Assembly (NCBI GenBank): GCA_043228905.1 | Contig: JBHGNT010000005.1 | Coordinates: 23,870,001-23,934,000 of the forward strand | Direction: 5' to 3' | Origin: Azolla caroliniana | Taxonomy: Eukaryota > Plantae > Polypodiophyta | Length of the DNA: 64,000 nt | In this document: in pieces, positions 1-11,402 of the stretch | Layout: each line of letters begins with the position of its first letter | Position numbering within the stretch: position 1 is the stretch's first letter | The notes under the pieces: model-generated | Told to the model about the DNA's origin: nothing | Database searches by the model: none | The model's input: only the letters and a program-made list of their open reading frames with translations | Translations under genes and position numbers: made by a program

Positions 1-997
1 TGCTTAGTGCCAAGATAATTCCTAAAAGCTCAAAGAAGCATAAGAACCTCCAATTTTCTAACCTACAAGAGGGTACACGATGGAATAACCATGAGTATGA
101 CCTCTACAAGGAGTAGTAACTCTTAACGAGTTAAGATGAGTGCATAAGAGGAATGCCTCTTTGAGACCCCATAACAAATACAAATATAACTCAGACGATG
201 TGGTTGATGGCTTCCTCTAGAATATGTTCTAAGGTTCTTTTTCGTATAGAATGTGCCTTGCCTAAATGATTATGTCACCTGCACAATTAATGCTCACATA
301 TTGCTTACATTTGTGGAATCGTCACTACTTGCTAATACCTAACATATTTTGTTTCAAATGAAGCAATTACCCTCATTGTTGAATGTGGACCAATGTTTAT
401 GAATTTAAGAAACACAAAATTGGCTACCACATGTAGCAATAACGTTAATCATAACCTCTTGAAAATTTACCTTCACTTTCCAATAAGCTCCTTGTCCTCC
501 TAAGCCTAGACTTGAAAAGCATAAGTTTTACGCCATTTTCTCTACAATAAGCTACTCTTCTTCATAAGTCTTGTGTCGTTTGCATTGGAAGAATGTTTTG
601 TGACTTTAGAGATTATGTTGGATGATATTTTCTCTATTCCACGGACAAGACTCCTACGTTGTGTGCCATTCAATGTCAAACTTGTATGTATGCTCTTTGA
701 AACCGTGATTGGTTTTTGGTTAATAGAGTGGCAAGTTCAAGTTTCTTCTTGTGAATTCATAATGAAATCCATCAAGGAGGTCACACTATTCTCCAATTGA
801 GTAGCAAAAAACCCATGATCAAATATATGCTTCAAATCATGTAGAAGAACTGAAAATATATTATTTGTGTCAATGCATAATAAAATTGATCATCAATACA
901 TTGAATCTTGAAGAAAACCTAGAGAATTCCCTAAGGCTGAGCTAGAGGAGAGAAGGACAAAAAACAAAAGGTGACCATTGATGGACAGCATTTGTAA

Positions 998-1582
998 TTA
1001 AATCCAGAGGTAGGTTTCATAAAGGGTTACGAGTATGGCCGTGGTGGCAGTAGGTGTCCGGGAGTAGACACGACCGATGGTATACCCGAAAGTGTTACGG
1101 AAGTCTCCGGTACCCCCAGTGATAGCATACTCCCAAGGCTGGCCACTCGTAAAGTCGGCCTCGCCTTGTGTCGTGAATGTGCCTTCGAGGCCAATGTTGT
1201 TCTTAGACTTGGGGGTGCGCTTAAAGGTGGGGTCGGAGTAGTGTACCACGGTCCTAGCCACAAAGTACGTCGCAGGTAAAGTGTTGGAGGCTACAGTCGA
1301 GGTCCCGCGGATGAAGCCAATGGATGGAGAAGTCGCATTGGGTGTTGCGGTGATGGGGTACGCGTACACGACCCCAAGCCCGACCCCCGTCCGTGTCCCG
1401 TTCACGGCCGCCACACTCGCATTCACATTCACGAACTCGTTCACTCCAAATTGTTGATGCGAGTAGTAACGTAGGACGATCTGGTGCCGTCTCTTCGCCG
1501 AGGTGGCACCCGTAGGAACCACCACCAATACCAACAAGAGTAGAGAAACCATAGCTAAAACTAGGGGAGCCTTGTTTGCCAT
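998..1582 (-). CDS. Dirigent-like secreted protein (194 aa, intronless), copy 1
   Basis: Hydrophobic N-terminal signal peptide; dirigent-type motifs LRYYSHQ, GLGVVYAYPIT, IGFIRG and YAITGGTGDFRNTFGY; N-glycosylation sequons NAS, NGT, NAT; GC-rich ORF in AT-rich flanks. Confidence 0.88.
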   Translation of the reverse strand: MANKAPLVLAMVSLLLLVLVVVPTGATSAKRRHQIVLRYYSHQQFGVNEFVNVNASVAAVNGTRTGVGLGVVYAYPITATPNATSPSIGFIRGTSTVASNTLPATYFVARTVVHYSDPTFKRTPKSKNNIGLEGTFTTQGEADFTSGQPWEYAITGGTGDFRNTFGYTIGRVYSRTPTATTAILVTLYETYLWI

Positions 1583-1904
1583 TAGTGCTGAGCTTGAATT
1601 TTTTACTTAGGAAATGGGATTGCTACTTCCTTGGCCTTCAATCTTCTTAAATAAGGGGGTTTTTGGGCGATTCTTTAACTTGATAGATGGATAGAACGTG
1701 CAAGAACGTGGTTGCATGCGGCCTTACTTTCAAGTAATAGCCTAGATCGAGATTACATTTAAATTTGTCAAAGCTCTCTTTGCAACCTTAGGCCCAAATT
1801 ATATTACTAGGATTTTCAATGCCATCCTTTCATAAAAAATTTCCTTTTACAACAGAAAATCATGTAACATTAGAATATTGGGGATAGCTCCATTACCACA
1901 TGGT

Positions 1905-1941
<37 letters not shown>

Positions 1942-3364
1942 TCACTTTTTCAAAGTGTACCCAACCTTTCATTCTATAAATATTGTGAACAAATCAGTAA
2001 TATCTACCAGATATAACGTAATTTAACCTCGTCGTACATCGTTTCTGTTTTAATCGTCAACTTGTAATCATATATTAAACGACAAGTAAATATATGAATT
2101 CCCTTATTGCATCCTCCTTGTGGGATTGAGTGACTTTTGCATAAGAATGGTTTTGAAGTATATTAAAGTATGTCGTTAGACTTCATTACTACACACTTAT
2201 TTGGGGCCACAAGGTAAGACGAGAGGTAATACTTCGACTAATGTTAACACTAAGACTAGGGGGAAATGTTGGTGTGTTTGGTTATGGTGTAAGGTAAAGA
2301 TTCTTTTTATGGTTATGAGGGTTTGGTTGACTTCAAGTTTTCTTATTGACATCTTCACACAATTGTATATTCGTATATGTACTATAGTTGCATGATGAAC
2401 ATACATAAACCATAGTGACAATTGGAGCATTCCTAAATCCATCAACATTAACATAGTTTTACCTCAATTTGACAAATGACCCTAGCTATACAAATTTAAA
2501 AAACTATCATGGGATATCAGGAACATATATATGTTGGTGAAGGGTCTCCTAGGGAGTCTTTTTCTTTCTTTGTGTTCTCCTTTGTGCTAATGGAAACAAC
2601 TCGAGTACATTATACAAATTCTCCTTGACTTATTTCACAATCAAGTCATCTAGTATGTGAACACCACCATTATTTGGACTTCTTTATGCTTCTTCGTTGA
2701 TTTTATGCTCTATTAATTGCCAATGCCTTGCAATGGGTTTCTTTGTAATTCTTGATATTATGTTTCAACATGTTATTGATCTTCTCGTCCACTATTGAAC
2801 GATAAGTTTTCTCTACATCCAGCAAACATGGGATAGGTTTGTCTTCTGAATATTTGGGAGTTCATCAAGTCACCAAACTATTATTGTTAGACTCCTTAAT
2901 TACATATGAGATTCAAGTGTATAAGTTGGTATGCTAGCCTCATCGATATTTTTTTCACTACCATCACTAATGATGGAACCTAAGCTACAATAATAGTTAA
3001 CACGTGAATTGTTGTCATTTAAGTGAAAATTCCAATGAGTTCGCTTCTTGGGACTCTTTTACTTGGAGGGATCCATATCCTCTTTAATTCCAAGCATCTT
3101 CTACTTCAAAAGATAAATAATTTGTTTTCCTAAATGTTCATTCTTTCTTAATGACTTACACTTGTAATGTGGTTCTAATGAACCTTGATCAAAATGAATC
3201 ATTACATTCTTATATGTAGCCATGACCTTGGGCACTCCAAAATGAATGGCATTGGTTGTCATAATTATCTAGAGTAGCACCATTGGTCCAACATCTATTC
3301 TTAGTTGGTTTCAATCCATTTCTTCTTTGATATAATATTACCAACATGTGAGCATCATTGACCT

Positions 3365-4126
3365 TTATATATAAATATCTATTTTCGCTAGATTAGTCAT
3401 TTGTTAAATTTCAATTGGTACCTAGCAATATCATTTTGATTGTTCAAACCTTAACATCCAATGCTTTATATAACTATACTCCAAACGTGTTTAGCAACAT
3501 AGGTTTACACTATAGGGATGTGATTCAAAATAAGATGGCCATAAATGGTCCCCATTCATTTTTAATGGAAAATTGTTTTGCAAACTATTAATATTCTTTG
3601 GAATAAGGAAGATATGGTTCAACCTTATTTTATTTAAGCTACTCAAACATTTTCCTTTAACATCATGCATAATTTGTTTCTTAGTTAAAGTTGTAAACAT
3701 TTTATCTATATGATCGTGTGTATGACCAACCATTAAAAAACTCATGTGGGCATCATTGGCCTTTGTATACATATATCTATTTTCTCTAGATTAGTCATTT
3801 GTTAAATTTCAATTGGTACCTTGCAAGATCATTTTGATTATTCAAACCTAAACATCCAATGTTTTATATAACTATACTCCAAAGGTGTTTAGCAACATAG
3901 CTTTACAATATAGGGGTGTGATTCAAAATGGTATGTCCATCAATGGTCCTTATTCATTTTTAATGGAAAATTATTTTACAAACTATTAATATTCTTTGGA
4001 ATAATCAAGATATGGTTAAGCCTTATTTTATTTAAGCTACTCAAACATTTCCTTTAACATCATGCGTAATTAGTGTCTTCGATAAAGTGGTAAACATTTT
4101 ATCTATATGATCATGTGTATGACCAA
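3365..4126 (-). pseudogene. About 400-bp two-unit tandem repeat containing a decayed transposase-like fragment (also about 45091-45852)
   Basis: 3365-3770 is repeated at 3771-4126; translation FLMVGHTHDHIDKMF resembles the VGHTHEDID motif of transposon-derived proteins. Confidence 0.5.
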
Positions 4127-5021
4127 CTTGAGTTTCTTATCTAAATCTAAAGCTCAGTTTACGAAGAAAGTTTGATTGAATAAAAATGAAATCCAATGTA
4201 TAGTTTCTTTGAGATTCTATGATTCCCAATCATTATTGCAATATGGTACTTCAAGCGTTCTACAAATAAAGGTTTGAGACACCAGATGTTTGTAATTAAA
4301 CTTTGATTTTTGGGTGCATTCACTTAAACCTAATAAATAAACAACCTTCACTTAAATAAAAATAGATTACCATACAAGAACAAAATAATAGTTATTGATC
4401 TTAACATTCTAGTTCATTTAACCTTTTAGTCTTTAGTGATCTGTCAATGAATATAGTTAAATAACTTTTAATCTTAGATTATTACTTGCTACTTAGTCAA
4501 TTAGCCCATTTAGCGAATTAGTTGCTAGCAAGCTAGTAGCTAGTTCACCAAATAGCTAATAGCGCTTACAACCAAAAGATAAACAATAGCTAATAATCTT
4601 AGCTTATTAGCGATTAGACATCTAATAGCTATTGGTTACCTTGTAATAACTATTGGAATTTGTGATCTTAGCTAATAGGAAATTAGATATTGGTTCAGCT
4701 CGTCATAGCTAATGCTCTTTGTTAGTTTATTAGATAGTGGTCTTATTAGGTACAAGTAAGCTAATAGTTAATCGTTATCAGCCAACTAGTAGTGCTCTTA
4801 TTAACTATATGTGTTGTATTAGGTAATTATTTGTGGTTAATAACTAATGTAGATACTTAACTATAATGTTAGTGATATTAGCTTATTAGATTGTAGACAC
4901 CTATTAGGTAATTTCTTGTGGCACATCGATGTACCTAAAACAACTATTTCCTAACCTATAGGTAAATACCTTCCTCTCATTCTCTTTGTCATGCTCTTGT
5001 GCTATCTCTTCTCTTTTTGTT

Positions 5022-5225
5022 ACATTATAGCCAGCTTACCTTATTGGTAAGTCGTTTACACTACTAGCACTACATCTTGGGTTCGAAACCCAATTTTTTC
5101 TCACCTCTCTACTTTTAGTGCATAAATAACTACATTTCACTAGATGCCAATGTGGAATGTAGGGGTTGAACCCATGACCACATGGCCTCCATTGGGCAAC
5201 CTTAACAACTGAGCTACATCCATCT
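5022..5225 (-). mobile_element. tRNA-derived SINE, copy A (also about 46748-46951)
   Basis: Minus strand GGATGTAGCTCAGTTGTTAAGG (A box) ... GGGTTCAACCCC (B box) ... TTCCA, then an approximately 130-bp body shared with 13174-13375; flanked by (CT)n. Confidence 0.75.
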
Positions 5226-6165
5226 AGACAAATTCTCTCTCTGTCTCTCTTTTCTCTCTCTCTCTCTCTCCGTCGCATGCATAAGGCAAGATTCGAACCA
5301 TGTACCTCCATGTCTCTCTCTCTCTCTCTTCTCTTTTTTATTACATTGTAGTTAGCTTTTGTTGCTTTATTGACTTCAAGAAAGCTTTTGATATGGTACC
5401 TCGTGACCATCTTTGGAGGCGAATGGAAGAACTTGAGGTGCCAAGTGAATATATGCTTGCAATTTCCCGAATTTATGAGAAGGTTATATGTTGTGTGCGT
5501 ATGAGAGATAAACACTCAGATTTTTTTAATACCACTATTGGTGTTAAGCAAGGATGCCCACTCTCACCAACACTATTTGGTCTATGCATTGATGAATTGG
5601 AAGAAATGGTTACCAAGTTTGCAAAGGAAGAATGTGTTGAAGAAGTGGTCATTGGGAATGTTGTGATTATGCTTTTGCTATATGCGGATGATGTAGTGCT
5701 TTTTGCAAATACTTTAGGAGATACACAAAAGCTTATGAAGGCATTGGAAAAAATTTGCATGCATACTAAATTAAGTGTCAATAGCTCTAAAATAAAGATT
5801 ATGCTTGTGAAGATCCCAAAAAGAGATAAACCATGCATTATGTACAACAATGAGCCACTTGGATGTGTGGAAAGCTTCAAATATCTTGGCCTTGAAGTTC
5901 CTTCAAATCATAGATGGAATGAATGTGCTAGACGCCACTCAGAGGCGGGTAAACGAACATATTATGCATTTGAGAACACGTGCAATCTTGGAGATATTAA
6001 GTGTTGGGTCCTCAAGAAATATCTTTTTGACACTTTGGTAACACCAGGTTTTCTCTATGGGGTAGAAGTATGGGGCGGTAGCATCCCTAAATCTATGTGG
6101 AAAGAGTTTGAAAATGTCCAAAAACATTTTCTTACAAAGTTTCTATAAGTTAAGAAACAAACGCT

Positions 6166-6614
6166 TGTCACGGACAGGTAGACCAGGATAGGGATAAGTA
6201 GGCGAGCTAAATATTAAGAGAGAGCGAAAGATAGATATATAAATAGAGAGAGCATAGAGAAGAGAACAAGAGAGAGAGAAGGTAGACAAAAGAGCAAGAA
6301 CTAAATTATGCTTCGGTAACTGGTGTTGTTCACCTTGATTGTAATCAAGGTGCACCGAAATATTTATACAAGAATGTGGTGATATGCATGCAAGCTATAG
6401 AAACATCTAGAGAGTGCATGGAAACTTCTAGAGAGTGCATGAAGATGCATTCTCTAGAAGTTTCTTGAAAGTTCTAGTGATTAACATAGAATGTAATAAG
6501 TTGAAACGTATACAATATATAATGCATAGATGGATATAGCTCAATTGGTAAGGTTGCCCAATAAGACCAGGAGGTCATGGGTTCAACCACCTACATTCCA
6601 TTGTGTCTATGACA
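6166..6614 (-). mobile_element. Solo LTR (449 bp) inside the LINE RT, carrying a tRNA-like cassette and HSEs (also 47892-48340)
   Basis: TGTCA...TGACA termini; TSD acgct/acgcc; the LINE frame VKKQT|PYTLLLE is restored on removal; orientation inferred from TATAAATA on the minus strand near 6361-6368. Confidence 0.85.
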
Positions 6615-7206
6615 ACGCCCTACACCCTCCTCCTTGAGACGAGATCGCTTCCCATTGAGATCATAGCCATGGAAAGGGTTGTTGAATACATGCTTAAGGT
6701 TCAAAAAAGTCCCTCACATCAACTTCCTAGAATTGCATGGGAAGCAAGAAAAAAGACACATAAAAGCAAAATTTTGTGTTCTGGTTAGATGCAAGATATA
6801 GAAAAATGGTTTGGTAGATGGGATGCGAGACACTTGTTTCATGATGCATCACTAGATTTCTCTATAAATGAGGCCTTTTGCAACACCAATGTATCATGAC
6901 ATGGGACAAATGTGGAGGCTCACGCTTCACACATTATACTACACATGTTGCACCTAACTACAAAACCATATTCTTTGCGGAACAGGGAAATCGTACACAT
7001 CCATACATGTTAGAGCCCATACCGTTATCTGCCATTCGAACCATTGCTTCCATGCGACTTAGCTCACATGCATTGCAATGTGAAACATGGCGTTGGGGCA
7101 CAAATGATGAGAGTGGTCAGCTATGCACACTTTGCCCTAAACAAGTTCGCAAGTCTGAGTATCACACTTTGATACAATGCTCTGCCTTTGATCATATTCG
7201 ACCATG

Positions 7207-7661
7207 TGTCAGGAACTCTATTAAGGCAGAGAAGGAATTAGTACTAAAAGAAGGATTAGTACTATTGTTGGGGAATAGTACTAAGACAGAGAAGGATTAG
7301 TACTATGAGAGGTGTCGAACTTTGAGAGAAGGAATGAGTGAGTGAGAGAGAGAGAGAGAGAGAGAGAATGATGATGCGAAAGATATATGTATTATATGAC
7401 GGAAGATATACAACAGTAGTTAGAAGGCTTAAGACTGGCGTTGAACCGATTTGGTTCGAACTAATGCCTTGCGCCTCCTTTTATAGTGTCTTCAGGAATA
7501 CTCCTGAAGTTTCTAGAATGTTCCAGAGAAATCTGGAATATACATCAATTTCCTAATAAAACCTAAATGAAAATAATATCCTTCAAATTACAACTCATAA
7601 CCTAATGGTAAAGTCTCGACCCGTGTAACAAAAGGTTATGGGTTCGAGTCTAGTTATGACA
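7207..7661 (-). repeat. 3' LTR of the chromovirus
   Basis: Identical by eye to 12496-12950; preceded on the minus strand by PPT AAAGGGGGGATAG. Confidence 0.95.
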
Positions 7662-10600
7662 CTATCCCCCCTTTAAAACGACGAGTTTCACGAGTCGTTT
7701 TGGATTGAGGACCCGGTTTCTCGGGATATCGTCGATGGAAGTCTTCTAGAAGAGCACGAGCATTGGTCACATTCTCGATCGGTTCCCAAGTACGCTCGCT
7801 GGGACTATATCCTAGCCAATCGACTAGATAGTAGAGCTTGTTGCGAACAATCTTGGAATCGAGGATGGCAGCGACCTCATACTCAGGTCCATCTTCGAGC
7901 TCGATAGGAGGTGGAGGTTGTATAGTACGTCCTGGGATAGTGCTCTCGTGATAGGGTTCGAGGAGAGAACTATGAAACACCGGGTGTATCCGAAGTTGCG
8001 GAGGTAGCTCGAGACGAAAAGCGACATCATTAATCTTCCCGATAATACGGAAAGGACCTAATCGTCGATAATCCAACTTCTCACATGGGCGAGTAGTCTT
8101 GATGTGTCGTCGTAGCAGCCACACCCGATCTCCAATGTTAAAACTGGATGGAAGTCGATGACGATCTGCGTAGTCCTTGTGTGATTGTTGAGCTTGCTGG
8201 AGTTGAGTAGATAAATCCGCTTGTATCTTGCGTAACCGCTCCAAACGATCCTCCGCGCAAGGATTTGTGGACACTTCTGGGGTTTCAAGGACACACCACC
8301 GGGGATGATATCCCGTATAAGCGTAGAATGGCGTGACTTTAGTCGATGCGTGGATAGCGTTATTATAGGCAAATTCGGCGAACTGAAGAATATCTGCCCA
8401 GTCATTCTGATGATAGTTGAGAAAGCACCGCAGATACTGCTCCAGTGTTTGATTTGTTCGTTCGGCTTGACCGTCGGTTTGTGGGTGGTAGCCGGAGGAG
8501 AGGTTACAAGTGACCTTTAGCATTTTAAAAAGGTGCTTCCAGAATTTTGACACAAACTGGGGTCCACGATCGCTGATGATATTATCAGGGAGTCCATGAT
8601 GCCGACATACTTCCCGCATGACAATTTCGGCGGTGTCTTCACTAGATATTTCTTTAGTACATGGTAAGAAATGAGCCATCTTCGTATATCGATCCACCAC
8701 TGTGAGAATCGCACTGAATCCCTTAGAGACTGGAAGATCTGTAATGAAGTCAAGAGCAATGGATTGCCATGGCTTGCTTGGAATTGGTAATGGTTCTAAT
8801 AAACCATATGGATGATGTCTTGGCATTTTCGCTCTGCAGCATGTATCGCAAGTCCGAACAAAATCTTCGACAAATTGTCGCATACGGGGCCACCAGAATG
8901 ATCGTTGTACTAAATCTAATGTTTTAGTACTACCAAAATGTCCTGCTGTATATGTGTCATGGCAGTTTTGTACTACTCGAAGGCGGCAAGAACCATTAGG
9001 AACATACAAAAGTTCTTTAAAGAAGAGTAATCCATCACAGTATTTGAATTGCCGATAATCCGTACCTGGTGATTGTGATTGTGAACATGACGCTCGAGAG
9101 GGGTCAATTTGTGCTAGTATAGCTTGGGCGAAAGCGTCAGTCTTCAAGTCCTCACGTATAGTATTGGTAATGTCGGAATCCACGGGCATGTCAAAGATCT
9201 GTGCTGCTTGCAGTCGTGCTGGACCCAAGATTACTTGCTTCTGGTTATCGAAAGCTGGCTCACCGGGACGTGGTGTTAGATACGAACGCCGTGATAATGC
9301 ATCTGCCTTCCCTTGGTGCTTCCCCGGACGATATGTAATTTTGAAGTCGAAGCGTGTGAGGAAGTGGGCCCACCGAGCTTGACGTCGATTCAGTACACGA
9401 GCATCTTGAAAGTAGGCAAGGTTCTTGTGGTCACTGAATACAGTGACCTGATGAGGAGATCCCTCTAGGAAATGCCTCCATTGCATAAAAGAATCAACTA
9501 TTGCTAATAGCTCTTTATCATGAATTTCGTAGTTGATTTCGGCGGCGTCAAACTTACGGGAGTGGAAAGCCACAGGATGTAGCTTCTCGTCGTTACCCTG
9601 TTGTGACAGAATGCTCCCCAATGCGAAATCCGATGCATCAGCTTCGATAATGAATGGTTTTTCCGGATCCACATGACCTAAAATTGGAGCTGATGTAAAC
9701 GCCTTCTTAAGACTCTCGAAAGCCATGTCCGTCTCTTTAGACCAAATGAATGATTGTCCCTTCCTGGTGAGCTGTGTGAGAGGCAGCACAATTTTTGAGT
9801 AATTTTGTATGAACTTCCGGTAGAAATTTGCAAAGCCTAGGAAGCATTGCACATCCCGCACCGAACGCGGAGTGTGCCATTCTATCACCGTTTTGACCTT
9901 GGCTGGATCCATAGATATGCCTTCTGAGGAGATGACATAGCCGAGAAACTCCACTTGGTTGCACCCGAAACTACATTTCTCTAACTTTGCATACAGACCA
10001 TGTTCTCGAAGTCGTTTTAGTACTAATAGTACATGAGAATCATGTTCTTCTTGGGTCTTTGAATAAACCAGTAGATCATCCAAATAGATGATCAAAAAAT
10101 CATCCAAGAGATCTCGAAATATATCATTCGCCATGTGCTGGAAGACTGCCGGCGCATTAGTGAGTCCGAACGGCATGACCGTATACTCGAAGTGCCCATA
10201 TCTGGTGCGAAACGCGGTCTTCCATTCATCTCCTGGTCGGATCCGTACGAGGTTATAGGCTCCTCGTAAGTCGATCTTCGTGAAGAACCTGGCACCGTTG
10301 ATCCGTTCTAAAAGACTTGAGATAAGGGGAAGAGCATACCTATTTCTTACTGTGACCTTATTCAAGCCACGGTAATCTACAACGAGTCGAAGCGAGCCAT
10401 CTTTTTTCTTGACGAAGAAAATGGGTGCGCCGGCTGGAGATTTCGAATGCCGAATGAAACCGTTCTCCAAATTCTCCTCTATATAGGCTCGAAGGACTTC
10501 TAGCTCGGTTGGTGACAAATTGTAGATCGGCCCCCATGGCGGCTCTTTTCCCGGTTGTAAGTCGATGGCGCAGTCGTACGGCCGATGATGAGGAAGTGTG

Positions 10601-11250
10601 TTGGCTTGTACTTTATCGAACACATCAGCATACTGACGATACTTCTCGGGAAGTTGAACGGTGGACTCCTCTTTGGTGGTGCTGGAGGGTTGTACTGATA
10701 TTGCAAAGAGAAACATTTCCTCCTTGCGCCCTTCCTCACGCAACTGGCGTAGCGAAATGGTTGCAACCTTCTGGGTAGATCCTTGGGTTTGTCGCAACCG
10801 GATTTCCCTTGTCCTCCAATCTATGTCTGGGTCATGTAACTCGAACCATGGTAATCCTAAAACTATGGGATGTTCTGGAATACTAATAATATTAAATGAT
10901 ACTACACATGTTAAGTTATCTAGGACAATATTAACGGGTTCCGACTCTTCTATGATATTACCAGAAGCAATGGGACGACCATCAATGACTACTACTGAGG
11001 CTGGACATGGGAGCTTTCTGAGAGATATCTGATGAGCTCGGGCAAAATTCCTATCCATGAAGCAAGAATTAGCTCCGGAATCTAGAAGGGCTAAGGTATG
11101 TACTGGAGGGGTACTTTTAGTACTAACTGCTACTTGGACTACGAACACATCACTAACTTGCTTAGAGGGAATGGAACCACTAATGGGCTGCACAGATCTA
11201 GGGCTGTCCAACCAAACGGCTCCTATTTTGGCTGGACTTAGTCGTTTAAC
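7654..11250 (-). CDS. pol: Pol polyprotein (protease, RT, RNase H, integrase, chromodomain); probably entered by -1 frameshift
   Basis: LLDSGA protease; YLDD RT; ADASD/DHKNL RNase H; HHCC plus DDE integrase; GPF motif; chromodomain EYEVAAILDSK..YLVDWLGY..TWEP; no ATG start, frame open from the slippery site. Confidence 0.95.
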   Translation of the reverse strand, partial: VKRLSPAKIGAVWLDSPRSVQPISGSIPSKQVSDVFVVQVAVSTKSTPPVHTLALLDSGANSCFMDRNFARAHQISLRKLPCPASVVVIDGRPIASGNIIEESEPVNIVLDNLTCVVSFNIISIPEHPIVLGLPWFELHDPDIDWRTREIRLRQTQGSTQKVATISLRQLREEGRKEEMFLFAISVQPSSTTKEESTVQLPEKYRQYADVFDKVQANTLPHHRPYDCAIDLQPGKEPPWGPIYNLSPTELEVLRAYIEENLENGFIRHSKSPAGAPIFFVKKKDGSLRLVVDYRGLNKVTVRNRYALPLISSLLERINGARFFTKIDLRGAYNLVRIRPGDEWKTAFRTRYGHFEYTVMPFGLTNAPAVFQHMANDIFRDLLDDFLIIYLDDLLVYSKTQEEHDSHVLLVLKRLREHGLYAKLEKCSFGCNQVEFLGYVISSEGISMDPAKVKTVIEWHTPRSVRDVQCFLGFANFYRKFIQNYSKIVLPLTQLTRKGQSFIWSKETDMAFESLKKAFTSAPILGHVDPEKPFIIEADASDFALGSILSQQGNDEKLHPVAFHSRKFDAAEINYEIHDKELLAIVDSFMQWRHFLEGSPHQVTVFSDHKNLAYFQDARVLNRRQARWAHFLTRFDFKITYRPGKHQGKADALSRRSYLTPRPGEPAFDNQKQVILGPARLQAAQIFDMPVDSDITNTIREDLKTDAFAQAILAQIDPSRASCSQSQSPGTDYRQFKYCDGLLFFKELLYVPNGSCRLRVVQNCHDTYTAGHFGSTKTLDLVQRSFWWPRMRQFVEDFVRTCDTCCRAKMPRHHPYGLLEPLPIPSKPWQSIALDFITDLPVSKGFSAILTVVDRYTKMAHFLPCTKEISSEDTAEIVMREVCRHHGLPDNIISDRGPQFVSKFWKHLFKMLKVTCNLSSGYHPQTDGQAERTNQTLEQYLRCFLNYHQNDWADILQFAEFAYNNAIHASTKVTPFYAYTGYHPRWCVLETPEVSTNPCAEDRLERLRKIQADLSTQLQQAQQSHKDYADRHRLPSSFNIGDRVWLLRRHIKTTRPCEKLDYRRLGPFRIIGKINDVAFRLELPPQLRIHPVFHSSLLEPYHESTIPGRTIQPPPPIELEDGPEYEVAAILDSKIVRNKLYYLVDWLGYSPSERTWEPIENVTNARALLEDFHRRYPEKPGPQSKTTRETRRFKGGIVS
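11198..11250 (-). promoter_or_regulatory. -1 programmed ribosomal frameshift signal
   Basis: G_TTA_AAC (11244-11250), 6-nt spacer, 11-bp stem GTCCAGCCAAA/TTTGGTTGGAC; pol is in the -1 frame. Confidence 0.8.
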
Positions 11251-11402
11251 TCTTCTTCTAATTGGCTAAGGACATCAAATTTGTTTGCGAGATTCGGACT
11301 ATTAGTACTATTAGGACTATTATGACTATGAGGATTATCAGAGATTCCTACTGACATAGACTCGGGTTTAGTATAGTCAGAACTAACAATGACTTGGTTT
11401 AC

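Noticed and set aside
7338-7556. 72-aa ORF repeated at 12627-12845 and other ERERER/LSLSLS ORFs
   Set aside because: Translations of (GA)n microsatellites inside LTRs; repeated only because the DNA is repeated
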